Source: Thermoanaerobaculia bacterium
GTDB taxonomy: Bacteria; Acidobacteriota; Thermoanaerobaculia; UBA5066
DNA length: 64,000 bases
Assembly: GCA_038245905.1 (NCBI GenBank)
Contig: JBBRRY010000021.1
Span: 8,424 to 72,423, forward strand
Reading direction: 5' to 3'
Shown: positions 62,125 through 64,000 of the stretch, in pieces
How positions within the stretch are numbered: position 1 is the first letter of the stretch
How the letters are laid out: the number at the start of each line of letters is the position of its first letter
The notes under the pieces: generated by a model
Seen by the model: only the letters and a program-made list of their open reading frames with translations
Told to the model about the DNA's origin: nothing
The model's database searches: none
Translations under genes and position numbers: made by a program

Positions 62125-63918
62125 ATGCGCTCTCGTGCCCTCGCGGGCATCCTCGCGTTCTTCGTCTCGGTTTCGGCGCCCGCCCTCTCGGGATCGCCGC
62201 AGCGCGGGGCGACAGGCTCCTGGTATCGCTACCCGCTGCCGGGCGCGGAAGTGAAGTCCCTCGTCGCCGACCCGGCCCTGCCCGGCGTTTTCTGGGCGGG
62301 CACGGCGCAGGGGGGCATCTACCGGTCTGCTGATGGAGGAGTGTCCTGGACCTCTCCGCCCGGCGGAGCCCCTTTTCCCGGCTACGCGGTCACATCGCTC
62401 GTCGCGGATCCGGGTCGGCCTGGAGCCGTCTGGGCCGGACTGACGGGCGTCGTGAAAGGCGGTCTCCTCGCGCGCTCGACGGACCTCGGGAGAACGTTCG
62501 AGGTCGTGCGGCGCTGGGAAGACCGCGCCGGTGCACGTGTCGTGGCCGTCTCTCCCCCGGGGCGGAATATTGTTGGCGTAGGCGGTGACTGGGGCATCGA
62601 GCTTTCGAACGACGACGGGGTGACATGGCGCGTCTCCGCGCCGCCTTTGGACCCTGGGAGCGGGGTCTCCTTCCTCGCCTTCGATCCTGTCCTCCCGAGC
62701 GTTCTCTACTGCGGGTCGTTCCGCCACCCCTTCCGGTCCGTCGACGGCGGTCGAACATGGTCTCGCATCGCAAACGGCATGGTGGAAGACACGGAAGTCT
62801 TCGCGATCGACTTTTCTCCCCACGATCCCAACGACTTCTGGGCGGCGACGTGCGGATGGGTTTACCGCACGATCGACGGCGCCGCGAACTGGACGCGCTA
62901 CCGCGAGGGCCTCGCGGACCGCCGCTCGCAGGCGGTCCGTGTGGACCCCCGGGATTCGAACCGCGTCCTCGTGGGCACGACCGGGGGCCTCTTCGAGAGC
63001 CGCGACCGCGGGAAGACCTTCCGCCGCATCTCCGCGGACGTCGTCGTCAACGCCATCGTCTTCGACCCGCGTGATCCCTCCCGCCTCATCGTGGGCACGG
63101 AGGCCGACGGCATCCTCCGGTCCGAGGACGGCGGCGTCACGCTCACGGAATCGAACCGCGGCCTCTCGGAGGCGCGCGTGTCGGCCGTGACGCTTTTCCC
63201 CTCGGGCCGTGTCGTCGTGGCGCGCGCCGCGGACGGGAAGAGCGGCGGCCTGTGGAGCGTGAACGCGATCACCGGCGACGTGGAGAGGCTCGCGTCGTCT
63301 CCGCCCGCGACGGTGCTCTCCCTCGCGTCCGCCGGAGAGGCACTTCTCGCGGGCGCGCCGGACGGAATCTACCGGGCTGTGCGTGCGGGAGCGGCGTTCA
63401 CGCGCGTCCTCGAGCTCGGGACGCGCGCCTTCGCGTCGGACGGCGACGGGCGGATCCTGGCCGCGACGAACGCGGGTGTTTACGAGTCTGTGAACGGCGG
63501 CCGCAGCTGGCGGCGTCTCGGCAGCCTGAAGTCGCGCGTCGAGGACGTGCGCCGCGCGCGCCTTCCCGATCGCGGCCTCAAGACGTGGTCCGCCGACGCC
63601 GAGGGGCTCACGCTGTGGTGGGACGGAGCCGACTGGGCGCGGGGGCCCCTGCCGGGCGCGGGGCGGCTGCTGTCGGGGGGGTTCGGGCGGCCGCGCGCCG
63701 TCACGCACTTCGTTCCCGAGCCGATCGGTGTAACACTCGCTCAGGAGCGCTCGGTTCTCGTCTTTCGGCCCGAGGACGACGCGGGTGGCGGAGTCTCCGT
63801 CACGATGCCGGAGACGGGCCTCGTCGTCGCGGGGTGGGCGGGCGACCCCCGTTCGGCCGCGGGCCTCTACCTCGCGACGATCGGGCGCGGACTCTTCCGC
63901 TTCGTGCCGGGGAGCTAG
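62125..63918 (+). CDS. Secreted BNR/YCF48-like beta-propeller protein
   Basis: Signal peptide; repeated SxDGGxxW boxes; C-terminal ATIGRGLF. Confidence 0.85.
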   Translation: MRSRALAGILAFFVSVSAPALSGSPQRGATGSWYRYPLPGAEVKSLVADPALPGVFWAGTAQGGIYRSADGGVSWTSPPGGAPFPGYAVTSLVADPGRPGAVWAGLTGVVKGGLLARSTDLGRTFEVVRRWEDRAGARVVAVSPPGRNIVGVGGDWGIELSNDDGVTWRVSAPPLDPGSGVSFLAFDPVLPSVLYCGSFRHPFRSVDGGRTWSRIANGMVEDTEVFAIDFSPHDPNDFWAATCGWVYRTIDGAANWTRYREGLADRRSQAVRVDPRDSNRVLVGTTGGLFESRDRGKTFRRISADVVVNAIVFDPRDPSRLIVGTEADGILRSEDGGVTLTESNRGLSEARVSAVTLFPSGRVVVARAADGKSGGLWSVNAITGDVERLASSPPATVLSLASAGEALLAGAPDGIYRAVRAGAAFTRVLELGTRAFASDGDGRILAATNAGVYESVNGGRSWRRLGSLKSRVEDVRRARLPDRGLKTWSADAEGLTLWWDGADWARGPLPGAGRLLSGGFGRPRAVTHFVPEPIGVTLAQERSVLVFRPEDDAGGGVSVTMPETGLVVAGWAGDPRSAAGLYLATIGRGLFRFVPGS

Positions 63919-63924
63919 GCAGAC

Positions 63925-64000
63925 TCAGGGTGAAGGGACGCTTGCCGAGACGAACGCGCCGTCGCCACTGCGCTGTCCGGGCTGTGCGCCGTCGTTGACG
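63925..64000 (-). CDS. 3' end of a gene extending beyond the window, carrying the VNDG...GDG C-terminal motif
   Basis: Reads VNDGAQPGQRSGDGAFVSASVPSP*, matching the C-terminus of the 43762-45358 gene. Confidence 0.7.
   Translation of the reverse strand, partial: VNDGAQPGQRSGDGAFVSASVPSP

Overview
A GC-rich (roughly 70% by eye), gene-dense bacterial chromosome segment with about 57 CDS. I saw no rRNA, tRNA, CRISPR array, integrase or transposase. Gene content suggests Acidobacteriota, probably Thermoanaerobaculia-like (inference). Housekeeping genes include acnA, gltB, lysA, nagZ, moeA and terC. Other content: two type II toxin-antitoxin pairs, an ABC exporter, a peptidoglycan-recycling cluster, an ECF sigma/anti-sigma/DUF4097 module, and several decayed gene fragments. 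The most notable signals are: (1) a complete leader-peptide transcription attenuator with Leu-Val-Leu-Ile control codons in front of glutamate synthase; (2) a His/CxxC upstream ORF ending in RSPP whose Pro-Pro codons form the anti-Shine-Dalgarno of a downstream metal-uptake operon; (3) an eight-gene coupled operon (DUF4178, small GGK-tailed protein, DUF350, speE, Tat oxidoreductase, His-motif membrane protein, speD, GT-C transferase); (4) a dispersed purine-rich CTT[T/A]GAA(A)GG element inside coding sequences, often as convergent pairs; (5) a ketosynthase + methyltransferase + FAD oxidoreductase trio; (6) a shared C-terminal domain ending VNDGxxPGxxxGDGxY/F; and (7) many apparently leaderless promoters. 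All family assignments come from motifs recognised by eye; no searches were run.
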